Virus record (IMG/VR): IMGVR_UViG_3300030372_000159
Span: 1-37,280 of that record
Source of the DNA: a virus
Taxonomy: Duplodnaviria; Caudoviricetes
DNA: 37,280 nucleotides
Direction: 5' to 3' (one strand)
The notes beneath the pieces were generated by a model. It saw only the letters and a program-made list of their open reading frames with translations, was not told where the DNA came from and ran no database searches. The translations under genes and the position numbers were made by a program. Below, piece after piece: positions 1 through 9,338 of this stretch; positions within the stretch are counted from its first letter, which is position 1; each line of letters starts with the position of its first letter.

Positions 1-1
1 A

Positions 2-220
2 GATCAGACTGCTAGTGAAATAAGAGGATTAGTTGAATCGGCTTCTGACAGTAACGTATTTACAGATGCAGATCATACTAAATTAAATGGTATAGAAGCT
101 TCTGCTACCGCAGACCAGACTAATGCAGAAATAAAAACAGCTTACGAAGCAAACAGCGATACAAACGCTTTTACAGATGCAGAAAAAACTAAGTTATCAG
201 GTATAGAAGCTAGTGCTGAT
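2..220 (+). repeat. Two ~111-bp (37-aa) coding repeats in the tail fibre
   Basis: DQTASEI...FTDADHTKLNGIEASA followed by DQTNAEI...FTDAEKTKLSGIEASA. Confidence 0.8.
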
Positions 221-1420
221 GTGACAGATGCCACTAACGTAAATGCTGCTGGTGCAGTAATGAACAGCGATCTTGATACTAAAGGTGAAATCTTAATTGG
301 TGACGGTTCTGGAGATCCTTCAGCACTTCCTGTTGGGACTAATAACTATGTGTTAGTTGCTGACAGTAATGAAGCTACAGGTGTGAAGTGGGCAACAGTT
401 CCAGCAGGTAGTGGTATGAGTAATCTTGTTGAAGATACTACCCCACAATTAGGTGGTAACTTAGATGTTCAAGCTAGTGAGATTAATACAAGTACAACTA
501 ATGGCAATATAAAATTAAATCCTAATGGTACAGGTGTTGTTGAAGTAAAAGGTGATGGCAGTAGTGTTGATGGAACAGTACAACTTAACTGTAGTCAAAA
601 TAGTCATGGTGTAAAAATCAAGTCACCACCTCATAGTGCAGGTGCAAGCTATACATTAACTCTTCCCAATAATGATGGTGATGCAGGTCAGTTTTTAAAG
701 ACTGATGGTAGTGGTGGATTAAGCTTTGATACTGTTTCTTTACCTGATTCAGATAAAATTGAAGAAGGAAATAGCAAAGTTGAAGTTGTAGATACTGGTA
801 CTGGCTATGTAACAACTGAAGTTGACGGTACTGAAGTTTCTAGAGCAAATGCTAGTGGAAGCACTATATTTACTTCTGCTATTTTTGGAGCTCAAACAAA
901 TAAAGCAGACGGAACTGGTCAAGGTATCAGTCTTATCTATGGTGGTGGCACAAGTAATGTTGGAATAATATCTTGTACTCATACAAATGGTTTACAAATC
1001 AAGAATACAGCAGGAGTTTCGTTTGGACAAAATGGTTCGCCTAATTATACTTATGCGTCTTTTTTTAATACAGGAGGATCTTTCTCAACAGGTGGTACTG
1101 CAAGATTTGATTATGATGGCACAAATATTAATTTTGCACTTAATGTTTTACCAGACACAGATAGTAATTACGACATAGGTACAAGTGCAAAAAGATTTGC
1201 AAATATTTATGCTGACACATTATATGGTGACGGATCAAACCTTACTGGTATAACAGCAGGTGCTCAAGGTGGGGGTGGCGAATCTATATTTCATGAGTCA
1301 GAAAATACGATGGATAATGATTACACAATAACTGCAAATCATAACGCTTTGGTTGCTGGTCCTTTAACAATTAATGCTACACTAACAATAAATAGTCCTT
1401 CAGTTGTAACGATTCCATAA
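2..1420 (+). CDS. Tail fibre protein, C-terminal part (5'-truncated)
   Basis: The frame of the 221..1420 ORF is open back to nt 2 (DQTASEIRGLVESASDSNVFTDADHTKLNGIEASATA...). G/S/T/N-rich fibre motifs (DTTPQLGGNLDV, YTLTLPNNDGDAGQFLKTDGSGGLSF). The GTG at 221 is not the real start. Confidence 0.85.
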   Translation, partial: DQTASEIRGLVESASDSNVFTDADHTKLNGIEASATADQTNAEIKTAYEANSDTNAFTDAEKTKLSGIEASADVTDATNVNAAGAVMNSDLDTKGEILIGDGSGDPSALPVGTNNYVLVADSNEATGVKWATVPAGSGMSNLVEDTTPQLGGNLDVQASEINTSTTNGNIKLNPNGTGVVEVKGDGSSVDGTVQLNCSQNSHGVKIKSPPHSAGASYTLTLPNNDGDAGQFLKTDGSGGLSFDTVSLPDSDKIEEGNSKVEVVDTGTGYVTTEVDGTEVSRANASGSTIFTSAIFGAQTNKADGTGQGISLIYGGGTSNVGIISCTHTNGLQIKNTAGVSFGQNGSPNYTYASFFNTGGSFSTGGTARFDYDGTNINFALNVLPDTDSNYDIGTSAKRFANIYADTLYGDGSNLTGITAGAQGGGGESIFHESENTMDNDYTITANHNALVAGPLTINATLTINSPSVVTIP

Positions 1421-2040
1421 TGGCTATAGCAATTAACGGATCTTCTAATACGATTACTGGTTTAGCAGTAGGTGGATTACCAGACGGAGTAGTAGATACT
1501 GATATGCTTGCTGCTAATGCAGTAAAACTCGCAAAACTTGGATCAACAACTGGCAAAAATGGGCCAATTCTTCAAGTTGTTTCAGTAAGTAAAACTGATG
1601 CTTTTTCTTCAACCTCAACAAGTACTGCTCAAGATGTAACAGGATTAACTATAAATATTACACCTACATCTTCTAGTAGCAAACTTTTTATTCAAGTACA
1701 TATAAGTGTAACAGCAGGTAGTAGTTATGGTGGTCACGCCCTTTTACTGGCAAAAGTTGATAGTGGGACTACAACTTATCCATTTAGAGGTAATGCTACA
1801 GGCAGTTCGACAAGAGCTACATTTCCTGTTTCTAATCAAGGAAATACTGGTTATCCCGATGTCGCTGCTGGTTCTTTTTTAGATACTGCTGGATCAACAA
1901 ATGCAATAACTTATAAAATACAACACATAGATGAATCAACTAATAATACGATATATATAAACAGAGAAACTCATGGTACAGGTGGTGCAGGTACATGTAT
2001 TGGTACTTCAGGCATTACAGTAATGGAGGTAGCAGCATGA
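1420..2040 (+). CDS. Tail fibre-associated / putative receptor-binding protein (module 1)
   Basis: S/T/G-rich, beta-rich; ILQVV...ITPTSSSSK...ITVMEVAA pattern typical of marine phage tail proteins; coupled to the upstream stop (TAATG). Confidence 0.7.
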   Translation: MAIAINGSSNTITGLAVGGLPDGVVDTDMLAANAVKLAKLGSTTGKNGPILQVVSVSKTDAFSSTSTSTAQDVTGLTINITPTSSSSKLFIQVHISVTAGSSYGGHALLLAKVDSGTTTYPFRGNATGSSTRATFPVSNQGNTGYPDVAAGSFLDTAGSTNAITYKIQHIDESTNNTIYINRETHGTGGAGTCIGTSGITVMEVAA

Positions 2041-2324
2041 GTTTAGACCATGAAGCAATACGCAAAGCATATCCTGACGCTGTAACTATTGATGATGGTA
2101 CAGGAGCTTTTAAAGCAGACGGCTCACAGATAACACTTGTTCAGTCTGATATAGACGCTGCACGAAACACATTAAATGCTGAATATGCAGCCCTTGAATA
2201 TTCAAGAAATAGAGCAGCAGAGTATCCAAATATTGAAGATCAACTAGATGACATCTATCATAATGGAATAGATGCTTGGAAAGCTACTATTAAAACAACT
2301 AAAGACAAATATCCTAAACCATGA
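2037..2324 (+). CDS. Small tail-fibre partner / chaperone-like protein (module 1)
   Basis: ATG 2037 overlaps the upstream TGA and has GGAGGT upstream, so it is a better start than 1995; C-terminal YxxxRxxxYxxxxxQLD...W...K...PKP. Confidence 0.65.
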   Translation: MSLDHEAIRKAYPDAVTIDDGTGAFKADGSQITLVQSDIDAARNTLNAEYAALEYSRNRAAEYPNIEDQLDDIYHNGIDAWKATIKTTKDKYPKP

Positions 2325-2962
2325 CAGCAAAGATTAAACTAAACGCAGCATCAGGTGGTGGGTCAGTTAGCTTACAAGCACCCTCTTCTTCTAGTAATAA
2401 CAGAGTTATTAGCTTGCCTGACATTGCAGATGGAACGCTTTTAACAAGTCAAAGCAGTTTAGATTCTACTAAGCTATCTCCTGCTATATCTGCTGGAATT
2501 ACAATGGCAGATCAATGGAGGATAAATTCAAGTTTTACTTTTGCAACAGGTTATACCGACATAACTTCTAACTGGGAAAGAGTAGACACAGATGGATATG
2601 GACAACTAGGAACTGGTATGACGGAATCAAGTGGTATTTTTTCTTTCCCTTCAACAGGAATATACTTAATAACTTTTTTTGGTAATGTTCAGAGGAATAG
2701 CGGAAACGACAGATTTGGTGAAATAAATTTATATACGACAGTTAATAATAGCAGTTATAGTGAAGCTGCAACTTCTTATGCCTGTGCGCCCTCACAATAC
2801 AACAGAGGTGCAATTGCATTAAATTTTATATTTGATGTAACTAACATTTCTACACATAAATTAAAATTCAAACAATATGAAAATCATGGATCTTTGAATT
2901 TTTTAGGAAGTAGTGATATTAATTTAAACTCAACAACTTTTATTAGATTAGGAGATACATAA
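2321..2962 (+). CDS. Tail fibre-associated protein (module 2), C1q/TNF-like beta head suspected
   Basis: N-terminal KIKLNAASGGGSVSLQAP...LPD; SGIFSFPSTGIYLI...TFIRLGDT. Confidence 0.7.
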   Translation: MTAKIKLNAASGGGSVSLQAPSSSSNNRVISLPDIADGTLLTSQSSLDSTKLSPAISAGITMADQWRINSSFTFATGYTDITSNWERVDTDGYGQLGTGMTESSGIFSFPSTGIYLITFFGNVQRNSGNDRFGEINLYTTVNNSSYSEAATSYACAPSQYNRGAIALNFIFDVTNISTHKLKFKQYENHGSLNFLGSSDINLNSTTFIRLGDT

Positions 2963-3312
2963 TGAGATTTGACGGCAGACCAGATCAACTAGAAGATTAT
3001 CTTGTAACAGTTCGTTCAGGACAATGGTTCGGTTGGTCTGACTCAAAAAACAAAATTTATGCAAACTTGATAGTGCATGATGGTGGGTCTAAGCCTACAG
3101 AAAAAGAATGTACTGATGGATTGGCAGCCTTAATAGCTGAGTGGGATTTAGAAAATGACAGTTATAGATCAAAAAGAAGAGAATCTTATGACAGCTTGGC
3201 TAACCAATTAGATATGTTGTACAAGGATATTGTTGCAGGTAAACTAGATACAACTGGAACGTGGGCAACCCACATAAAAAACGTCAAGGATTCAAATCCA
3301 AAACCTAGTTAA
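2962..3312 (+). CDS. Small tail-fibre partner / chaperone-like protein (module 2), paralog of 2037..2324
   Basis: YRSKRRESYDSLANQLDMLY...WATHIKNVKDSNPKP resembles the C-terminus of 2037..2324. Confidence 0.65.
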   Translation: MRFDGRPDQLEDYLVTVRSGQWFGWSDSKNKIYANLIVHDGGSKPTEKECTDGLAALIAEWDLENDSYRSKRRESYDSLANQLDMLYKDIVAGKLDTTGTWATHIKNVKDSNPKPS

Positions 3313-3314
3313 TT

Positions 3315-4472
3315 ATGTCAGAAATCAAAGTAAATTCGATAAAAGGGGTAGGTGCATCGGTAGCTGCCTTAAGTATTAATAATACTGATGGAACGTGTAC
3401 CGCCAATATTACTAATAACCTGAGTAATAGAAACAAGATAATAAATGGCTCGATGATTTGTAGTCAAAGAGGAAGCAGCTTTGCTAATGCTAATTCCTAC
3501 ACCTTAGATCGTTGGAGGTATTATAAAAATATTAGTGGTGAGGTTACTGTTTCACAAGAAAATATCACCGATTTAGTCGGATTTGGTAAAGCATTAAAAA
3601 TAAATACTACGACTGCTCAAGCAGGAATACCAAGTACATCAGGAAAACAGTACGCAAGTATATTTCAAGCAATTGAAGCACAAGATTTACAAGATCTAGC
3701 TAACGGAGCATCAGGAGCTAAAACTATTACGTTATCTTTTTGGATAAAATCTAATGTAACTGGTACATTTTGTGTTTCGTTTTATAAAGCTGATAATACT
3801 CAAAGATTAATTTCATTACCCTATACAATTAATTCATCTAATACTTGGGAGAAAAAAACTTTAGTAGTTCCTGGAGATACATCAGGAGGCGGTATCGATA
3901 ACGATAATGGAAACGGATTATCTCTTTATTGGGTCTGGGCAAGAAAAACAGGTTATTCTGGAACTACATCAACTTCTTGGGTTGACTATTCTGATGCAGC
4001 TTGGGCGAATACATGTACTGGTACTATATTTGAGAATGTAAATGACCATGTGTTTATTACAGGAGTTCAATTAGAAGTAGATCATACAGGATCAGGTGTG
4101 GCAACAGATTTTGAGCATAGGTCATTTGCACAGGAGCTTGCTTTATGTCAGAGGTATTATCAAGTAGTTGCTGAAGGACAAAATTCAATTATTGGAATAT
4201 GCTACACAGTATCTTCACATTTTTATTCAATAATTGATTTGTTAGTTCCTATGCGAACCACGCCTAGTATGGAGGTAAGTAACTGGACTAATGCTTTTAG
4301 AGCCTATGGTTCAAGTGGAGGTGTTAACGTATCAACTTTGGCTTTAAATTCAGAAACAAGGAATAATCGTGTTTTTGTTAATCAATCAGGAAATCCTGGA
4401 GTTGGAAATTTAAGAGTATATGATGCAAATAGTGGAGTATATGGCAAACTAGCATTTATAGCGGAGCTTTAA
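3315..4472 (+). CDS. Tail fibre protein with carbohydrate-binding-like domain (module 3)
   Basis: NRNKIINGSM..SQRG, DRW, TLSFWIKSN, TGVQLE...ATDFEHRSFAQELALCQRYYQ motifs typical of phage tail fibres. Confidence 0.75.
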   Translation: MSEIKVNSIKGVGASVAALSINNTDGTCTANITNNLSNRNKIINGSMICSQRGSSFANANSYTLDRWRYYKNISGEVTVSQENITDLVGFGKALKINTTTAQAGIPSTSGKQYASIFQAIEAQDLQDLANGASGAKTITLSFWIKSNVTGTFCVSFYKADNTQRLISLPYTINSSNTWEKKTLVVPGDTSGGGIDNDNGNGLSLYWVWARKTGYSGTTSTSWVDYSDAAWANTCTGTIFENVNDHVFITGVQLEVDHTGSGVATDFEHRSFAQELALCQRYYQVVAEGQNSIIGICYTVSSHFYSIIDLLVPMRTTPSMEVSNWTNAFRAYGSSGGVNVSTLALNSETRNNRVFVNQSGNPGVGNLRVYDANSGVYGKLAFIAEL

Positions 4473-4476
4473 AATC

Positions 4477-4662
4477 ATGGCATTTCCAACAAACCCAATT
4501 TATAAATTATATAATTCTACTTTTGATGGAGTAGTGACAGAAATGATTTTAAAAGAATCAAATAACATTAGACTTAATATACCAAAAGACGAAGCAAACA
4601 CCGACTACCAAGAGTACCTTAAGTGGGTAGCAGAGGGAAACACAGCCGAAGCTGCTGATTAA
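4477..4662 (+). CDS. Small tail-fibre chaperone-like protein (module 3)
   Basis: IPKDEANTDYQEYLKWVAEGNT motif, commonly found after this fibre type. Confidence 0.65.
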   Translation: MAFPTNPIYKLYNSTFDGVVTEMILKESNNIRLNIPKDEANTDYQEYLKWVAEGNTAEAAD

Positions 4663-4784
4663 TTAGTCTTTTCCATTTGTCTGGTCATCATAGACATGGT
4701 GACGTACAAAGGTGCTAGTGCCATAATTCCTACAAAAGTTATTATGGTTACAGGCACTAATGCCTTTGCTATTGCTTCTTTCAT
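4659..4784 (-). CDS. 41-aa single-TM membrane microprotein (not in ORF track)
   Basis: Manual translation MKEAIAKALVPVTIITFVGIMALAPLYVTMSMMTRQMEKTN; fills the gap exactly. Confidence 0.6.
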   Translation of the reverse strand: MKEAIAKALVPVTIITFVGIMALAPLYVTMSMMTRQMEKTN

Positions 4785-4787
4785 AAT

Positions 4788-5273
4788 ATGGACGAAATAT
4801 ACTTACCAAACCTACCAGACACAAACTATATACTCAATCCACCTAAAACAATTTTTTACCCCCCTGTAGCGGAAGTACCTTATCTAGACCCAATTCTTTT
4901 ACCGAGTCTGGAACAAGTTCAGTCGGGTTTGGGAGAAGAGAAGGCAAAAACTTCTTCAGAAGAAGAGGAGCAAGACGAGGAAGTAACAGGTATAAAACAA
5001 GAAGTGATCCCAACGAACCTGCCAAAAAACTTAGAAAATACTTCATTAGAAACTGTAGGTACTTTTAATGTACCATTCTTCGGTGAGATGCCAATACCTG
5101 CACCAGAAGTAATAGCTTCTAGTGTAATCGCTGCTGGTACTGCAAGTATTGTCAGCGTTGGAGGTGGTATTGCTATGCAAGCAGTATTAGGTCAAATCAA
5201 AAAAATATTTAAAAAGATCTTTACTAAGGTTCTAAAGAAAGAGGTTAAGGATTTTCAAACAAAGAAGAATTAG
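4788..5273 (+). CDS. Hypothetical membrane-anchored protein (Pro/acidic N-terminus, C-terminal hydrophobic helix and basic tail)
   Basis: VIASSVIAAGTASIVSVGGGIAMQAVL followed by KKIFKKIFTKVLKK. Confidence 0.65.
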   Translation: MDEIYLPNLPDTNYILNPPKTIFYPPVAEVPYLDPILLPSLEQVQSGLGEEKAKTSSEEEEQDEEVTGIKQEVIPTNLPKNLENTSLETVGTFNVPFFGEMPIPAPEVIASSVIAAGTASIVSVGGGIAMQAVLGQIKKIFKKIFTKVLKKEVKDFQTKKN

Positions 5274-5778
5274 CTTTTACATAACTTCGTATATTGATTA
5301 CATCACTACAAATATATGCGAACTTAGATTTAGGATTTATCATGTAGCCTGATGCGTGAAGCTGTCCGCACTTCAAGATACGAACTAGCTGCTTATCATG
5401 CACTTGCTTGTCTAGTTCTTCTTTGGCTAAGTCTAGCTTTACTTTGGATAACTCGTTACAAGTTTGATTATCTCCTAATGGAATCATAAAAGACATCTGT
5501 ACACCCCAACCTTCATTGATGCTATAGGTTTCTTCACCTTGAGCATCATTACCTGTATAAAAAGGAGTTACAGCCATAGTAGGTTGACTGCAAATTAAGT
5601 TTCCAAACTGTTGCTTACCTGTCATTCCATTATTGATATTCATATTCTGGTTGATAATACTTGAGTTACCAACAGCATTAGGTTGAGCTTGTACGTTTGT
5701 ATCGCCTTCAGCTTTTGCTTGGTTACTGGCTAAACACAGACAGGCTAGTAATAACGCTTGTAGTCGTAATCGCATCAT
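5245..5778 (-). CDS. Hypothetical secreted protein (signal peptide, 4 Cys in the mature part)
   Basis: MRLRLQALLLACLCLASNQAKA signal-like N-terminus; beta-hairpin GWGVQMSFMIPLG; overlaps both neighbours. Confidence 0.7.
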   Translation of the reverse strand: MMRLRLQALLLACLCLASNQAKAEGDTNVQAQPNAVGNSSIINQNMNINNGMTGKQQFGNLICSQPTMAVTPFYTGNDAQGEETYSINEGWGVQMSFMIPLGDNQTCNELSKVKLDLAKEELDKQVHDKQLVRILKCGQLHASGYMINPKSKFAYICSDVINIRSYVKANSSLFENP

Positions 5779-6088
5779 TCTGTGTAATCTTTTCAGTCAT
5801 TTGGTTTGCTGCTCTGGTAGTAACAGACAAAGACCAATCAGAAGTTACAGTCTTTGGTGTAAAGATTGCATCTGAATGTGCTATCCCACCACTAGAAGCA
5901 CTTGTAACTTCTATGTTTGAAGCTTCCCAAGTGTTTAACGCTGCTCCGTATTTCTCTGTAACTACAGATCTTGTTATTGTTTGAGTAGTATTCTCTGTTC
6001 TGTTACTTGAACCAGTAGTCCAAGAAGGAACTCCATTGGCATATACAGGGCTAAATACAAACAAAGATAGCAATAACAGTTTCTTCAT
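5723..6088 (-). CDS. Hypothetical secreted S/T-rich beta protein
   Basis: MKKLLLLSLFVFSPVYA signal peptide; ends SLSVFSQ. Confidence 0.7.
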   Translation of the reverse strand: MKKLLLLSLFVFSPVYANGVPSWTTGSSNRTENTTQTITRSVVTEKYGAALNTWEASNIEVTSASSGGIAHSDAIFTPKTVTSDWSLSVTTRAANQMTEKITQNDAITTTSVITSLSVFSQ

Positions 6089-6474
6089 TTTTTCTCCTGT
6101 TTAGGATCTACTATTAATCTTATAGGAGTATCAATTCGTACAAGTTGAGTACTACCTAACACTTCTTGCAACTCAGCCTTTACAGTCTTACCATTTTTAC
6201 CACCATTCTCTTTGCCTTTTTGTGTAATAGATGCTCCAAAACTACTTGCAAGACCTACAAAAACTGAAGCAATAAAAGTTGGGTCTATCTTCTGCTGTGG
6301 TATTCCTAATTTTGACAGATCTAAATACGATAATGACAACATCGCTGTTGCCCAAAAAAGTAAAATAAGTCTGACCCCTAGTGATACAAACTCAAACTGT
6401 TCCTCTCTACAAGGCACAGCTTCTTGTAATTTAAACCAAACACTTTTTTTATTTTCTTTTGGTTGTTCTGCCAT
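6085..6474 (-). CDS. Hypothetical two-TM membrane protein
   Basis: Two hydrophobic segments (FVSLGVRLILLFWATAMLSLSYL; FIASVFVGLASSFGASI); 4-nt overlap with the downstream gene. Confidence 0.7.
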   Translation of the reverse strand: MAEQPKENKKSVWFKLQEAVPCREEQFEFVSLGVRLILLFWATAMLSLSYLDLSKLGIPQQKIDPTFIASVFVGLASSFGASITQKGKENGGKNGKTVKAELQEVLGSTQLVRIDTPIRLIVDPKQEKK

Positions 6475-6557
6475 AATCCTAGTGAGATACTATAAATATA
6501 AAGAAAGAAGCCAAGATTGGCAATAAGCGATAAGGTAAAAGTACAGACATAAACCCA

Positions 6558-6722
6558 ATGTTAAAAATTTTAAAACCAATTTTACTAAGGTTTCTTACTA
6601 CAACTGCTTGTAAAAGGTTAGTAATAGACTTGCTCCGATCAATCTGTAAGCAGACCTCCAATACCTTAGACGACAAAGCTGTTGATATGTTGGAGCAACA
6701 ACTCTTTCCTAAAATGAACTAA
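6558..6722 (+). CDS. 54-aa small protein, possible holin-like/lysis protein (not in ORF track)
   Basis: Manual translation MLKILKPILLRFLTTTACKRLVIDLLRSICKQTSNTLDDKAVDMLEQQLFPKMN; TAA overlaps the next ATG; lies between tail genes and TerS like T7 17.5. Confidence 0.6.
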   Translation: MLKILKPILLRFLTTTACKRLVIDLLRSICKQTSNTLDDKAVDMLEQQLFPKMN

Positions 6723-7030
6723 TGAACCATAAAGAATTTTTTGATGTTCTTATTGGTAATCCTCCTCCTGAAATAGAGCTTGAAATAGAAATAAAATGCA
6801 GAGAGGTAAAAGAATTACCTGATTCTGTAATCAAAGATTATTGTTGTGATCTTGTAAAACAAATAAGACTACAAGATATGTTACTTGTCGCAGCTTTAAT
6901 TCGGATTTCTGATACAGAAAGTGAACTTTGGAGACTTGAACAAAGGTTACAGCACTACAAAAAACAAAAGAAATTAGGTTTTATAGGTAAACTTAAGTAT
7001 GTTTTATTTGGCAATAGACCTAAAAAGTGA
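6722..7030 (+). CDS. Hypothetical protein (coiled coil)
   Basis: 102-aa ORF translationally coupled to the upstream gene. Confidence 0.65.
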   Translation: MNHKEFFDVLIGNPPPEIELEIEIKCREVKELPDSVIKDYCCDLVKQIRLQDMLLVAALIRISDTESELWRLEQRLQHYKKQKKLGFIGKLKYVLFGNRPKK

Positions 7031-7056
7031 TTATATTAATTTAAAACGTAAGTCTC

Positions 7057-7275
7057 ATGGATAAAAACTTAAAAATATTAAAAAGTTTGCATCTTGAATT
7101 AGCAAAAGACCTATTAGATAAAGTAAGAAGTGGCGAAGCAAAGGCAGGGGATTTAAACGTAGCTAGACAATTTCTAAAAGATAACGGTATTGAGTGTATT
7201 CCTGTAGAAAATAACCCTATGACAGAGCTAATGAACAACTTACCAGACCTAGAAACTATTCCTCTTACAGATTAA
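7057..7275 (+). CDS. terS: Terminase small subunit (T7 gp18-like)
   Basis: LHxxLAxxLLxxV..GEA.A.DLNVARQFLKDNGI motif; directly upstream of TerL. Confidence 0.88.
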   Translation: MDKNLKILKSLHLELAKDLLDKVRSGEAKAGDLNVARQFLKDNGIECIPVENNPMTELMNNLPDLETIPLTD

Positions 7276-7278
7276 TAA

Positions 7279-9000
7279 TTGCAACCCTTACCAGAAAAAC
7301 TACAAGACTTTAGATATTTCTTAATTGTTACTTGGAGACATCTAAACCTACCAGATCCTACTCCTGTTCAGCTAGATATAGCAGAATATCTACAACATGG
7401 AGCTAGAAGAAAGATCATACAGGGGTTTCGTGGGGTAGGTAAGAGTTGGATTACTTCTACTTACGTTGTTTGGAGACTAAGGATAGACCCACAATTAAAA
7501 TTTCTTGTGGTATCTGCCAGTAAAGATAGGGCTGATAACTTTACGACCTTTACTATGCGTCTTATAAACGAGATGCCAATACTTGCTCCACTAATCCCCA
7601 GAGATGACCAGAGAAACAGTAAGGTAAGTTTTGATGTAAGACCTGCTAGTGCTGATCATGCCCCTTCCTGCTCCTCTAAGGGTGTGCTATCGCAACTAGC
7701 AGGGAGTCGTGCTGATGAAGTTATAGCAGATGACTGTGAAGTACCTAATAATTCCTTTACTCAGCCCATGAGAGACAAACTATCTGAAGCTGTAAAAGAA
7801 TTTGAAGCGATTCTTAAGCCTAATGGTCGGATTACTTTCTTAGGTACACCGCAAGTAGAGAACAGTTTGTACCTAACACTAGAAGAACGTGGATATGAAA
7901 CACGAATATGGACTGCACGTTACCCAAATCATAAAAATAACTATGGAGATCGTCTTGCTCCACGTCTTGCTAAAAACCTTCTAGAAGGCTCTGTAGAGCC
8001 AAAAGATCCTGTTGACCCTGTAAGATTCTCTGCACAGGATTTGATGGAACGTGAAGCGTCTTATGGACGTTCTGGGTTCAATTTACAGTTCATGCTCGAT
8101 ACAACACTCTCAGATCAAGATAGATACCCTCTAAAAATTAACGACCTAGTAATTATTTCCATTAATAAAGAATACGCACCTGAAAAAGTTATTTGGTCTA
8201 ACTCTCCTGAGTATGTAATTACTGATTTACATTGCGTTGGGTTTAATGGAGACAGGTTTCATAGACCTGCACAAGAGTTTGGAGACTACATTGAATACAC
8301 AGGTAGCGTAATGTTTGTTGATCCCTCTGGTACTGGTAAAGACCAAACTGCTATATCCTGCGTAAAGATGCTAAATGGTAACTTATTCGTCACAGAGTGC
8401 TTTGGTTTGTCAGGTGGCTACTCCGATAGAGTACTAGAACGCATTGCTAGAACTGCTAGAGATAATAAAATTAACACCATATTGGTAGAACAGAACTTTG
8501 GTGGCGGTATGTTCTCTCAACTTCTTAAACCTTTTCTTATGACTTACCACCCTTGCGAACTTCAAGACGTGCGAAATACAAAGACTAAAGAAATGAGAAT
8601 TATTGATACCTTAGAACCTGTTATGAACTCTCATAAACTTATTATTGATCGCAAAGTTGTAGAAAATGACTTCAAATCTAACCCTAACGAAACTCCTGAA
8701 CGTAGATTAAAACTTCAACTTATCTACCAAATATCTAGATTATCTAGAAATAAAGGTTCTCTAGTACACGATGACCTCGTTGACTCCCTCGCAGGGGCAG
8801 TTGCCTACTGGATTGACTATATGGCTCAGACTGAAGACCTAAACATATCTAAACGCAAAGATGAACTCCTAGCTGTTCACCTAGATAACTGGGGTTCTTT
8901 ACTAAATAACACCATATCTCAATCTGCTATGGGTATGACTCCTCAACAGATAAGAAATTCTAATGTATCCGATGATGGTTTTATAAGCTCAACTTATTAA
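7279..9000 (+). CDS. terL: Terminase large subunit (T7 gp19-like)
   Basis: Walker A GFRGVGKSW, GSRADEVIADDCEVP, LGTPQ, RNase H-like VDPSGTGKD...HDDLVDSLAGAV. Confidence 0.97.
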   Translation: MQPLPEKLQDFRYFLIVTWRHLNLPDPTPVQLDIAEYLQHGARRKIIQGFRGVGKSWITSTYVVWRLRIDPQLKFLVVSASKDRADNFTTFTMRLINEMPILAPLIPRDDQRNSKVSFDVRPASADHAPSCSSKGVLSQLAGSRADEVIADDCEVPNNSFTQPMRDKLSEAVKEFEAILKPNGRITFLGTPQVENSLYLTLEERGYETRIWTARYPNHKNNYGDRLAPRLAKNLLEGSVEPKDPVDPVRFSAQDLMEREASYGRSGFNLQFMLDTTLSDQDRYPLKINDLVIISINKEYAPEKVIWSNSPEYVITDLHCVGFNGDRFHRPAQEFGDYIEYTGSVMFVDPSGTGKDQTAISCVKMLNGNLFVTECFGLSGGYSDRVLERIARTARDNKINTILVEQNFGGGMFSQLLKPFLMTYHPCELQDVRNTKTKEMRIIDTLEPVMNSHKLIIDRKVVENDFKSNPNETPERRLKLQLIYQISRLSRNKGSLVHDDLVDSLAGAVAYWIDYMAQTEDLNISKRKDELLAVHLDNWGSLLNNTISQSAMGMTPQQIRNSNVSDDGFISSTY

Positions 9001-9030
9001 AGCCTAGTATAGGAGAAAGAATAACTTCCC

Positions 9031-9072
9031 TTACACTAGGATTACACTAAGATTACATTAGGATTACCTAAG
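9031..9072 (+). repeat. 11-bp tandem repeat x~4 (TTACAYTARGA)
   Basis: TTACACTAGGA TTACACTAAGA TTACATTAGGA TTACCTAAG. Confidence 0.8.
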
Positions 9073-9338
9073 TAATGTCTAATATTCTCTACTTAGATAA
9101 TTCTAGGTAGTCTGCCTACAGAAAAAATTTTGACGGAAAAATCTGAAAGGGTAACAGAATACGTGCATAGCCAGTTTCCCCCTATAAATATAAAAAATTT
9201 TGTCAATTTATAAAAAAATAAAGCGTTTATAAAGAAAATATATTGATACTACTAGGTTCTTAGAATATTATTACTATTCTTGGTAGAGTTTTTGGTCAAT
9301 TAATTCTATTGTTTGCTTTTATTTGTTTTCTTAATCGG

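Noticed and set aside
618-1178. Short alternative ORFs 618..815, 749..982 and 987..1178
   Set aside because: Shadow frames inside the tail-fibre gene.
1-4662. Diversity-generating retroelement or invertible tail cassette
   Set aside because: No reverse transcriptase, no template/variable repeat pair and no inverted repeats seen.
4843-7238. ORFs 4843..5046, 5697..5984, 6212..6526, 6479..6676 and 7041..7238
   Set aside because: Antisense shadows of better-supported genes, including the unlisted 6558..6722 gene and TerS.
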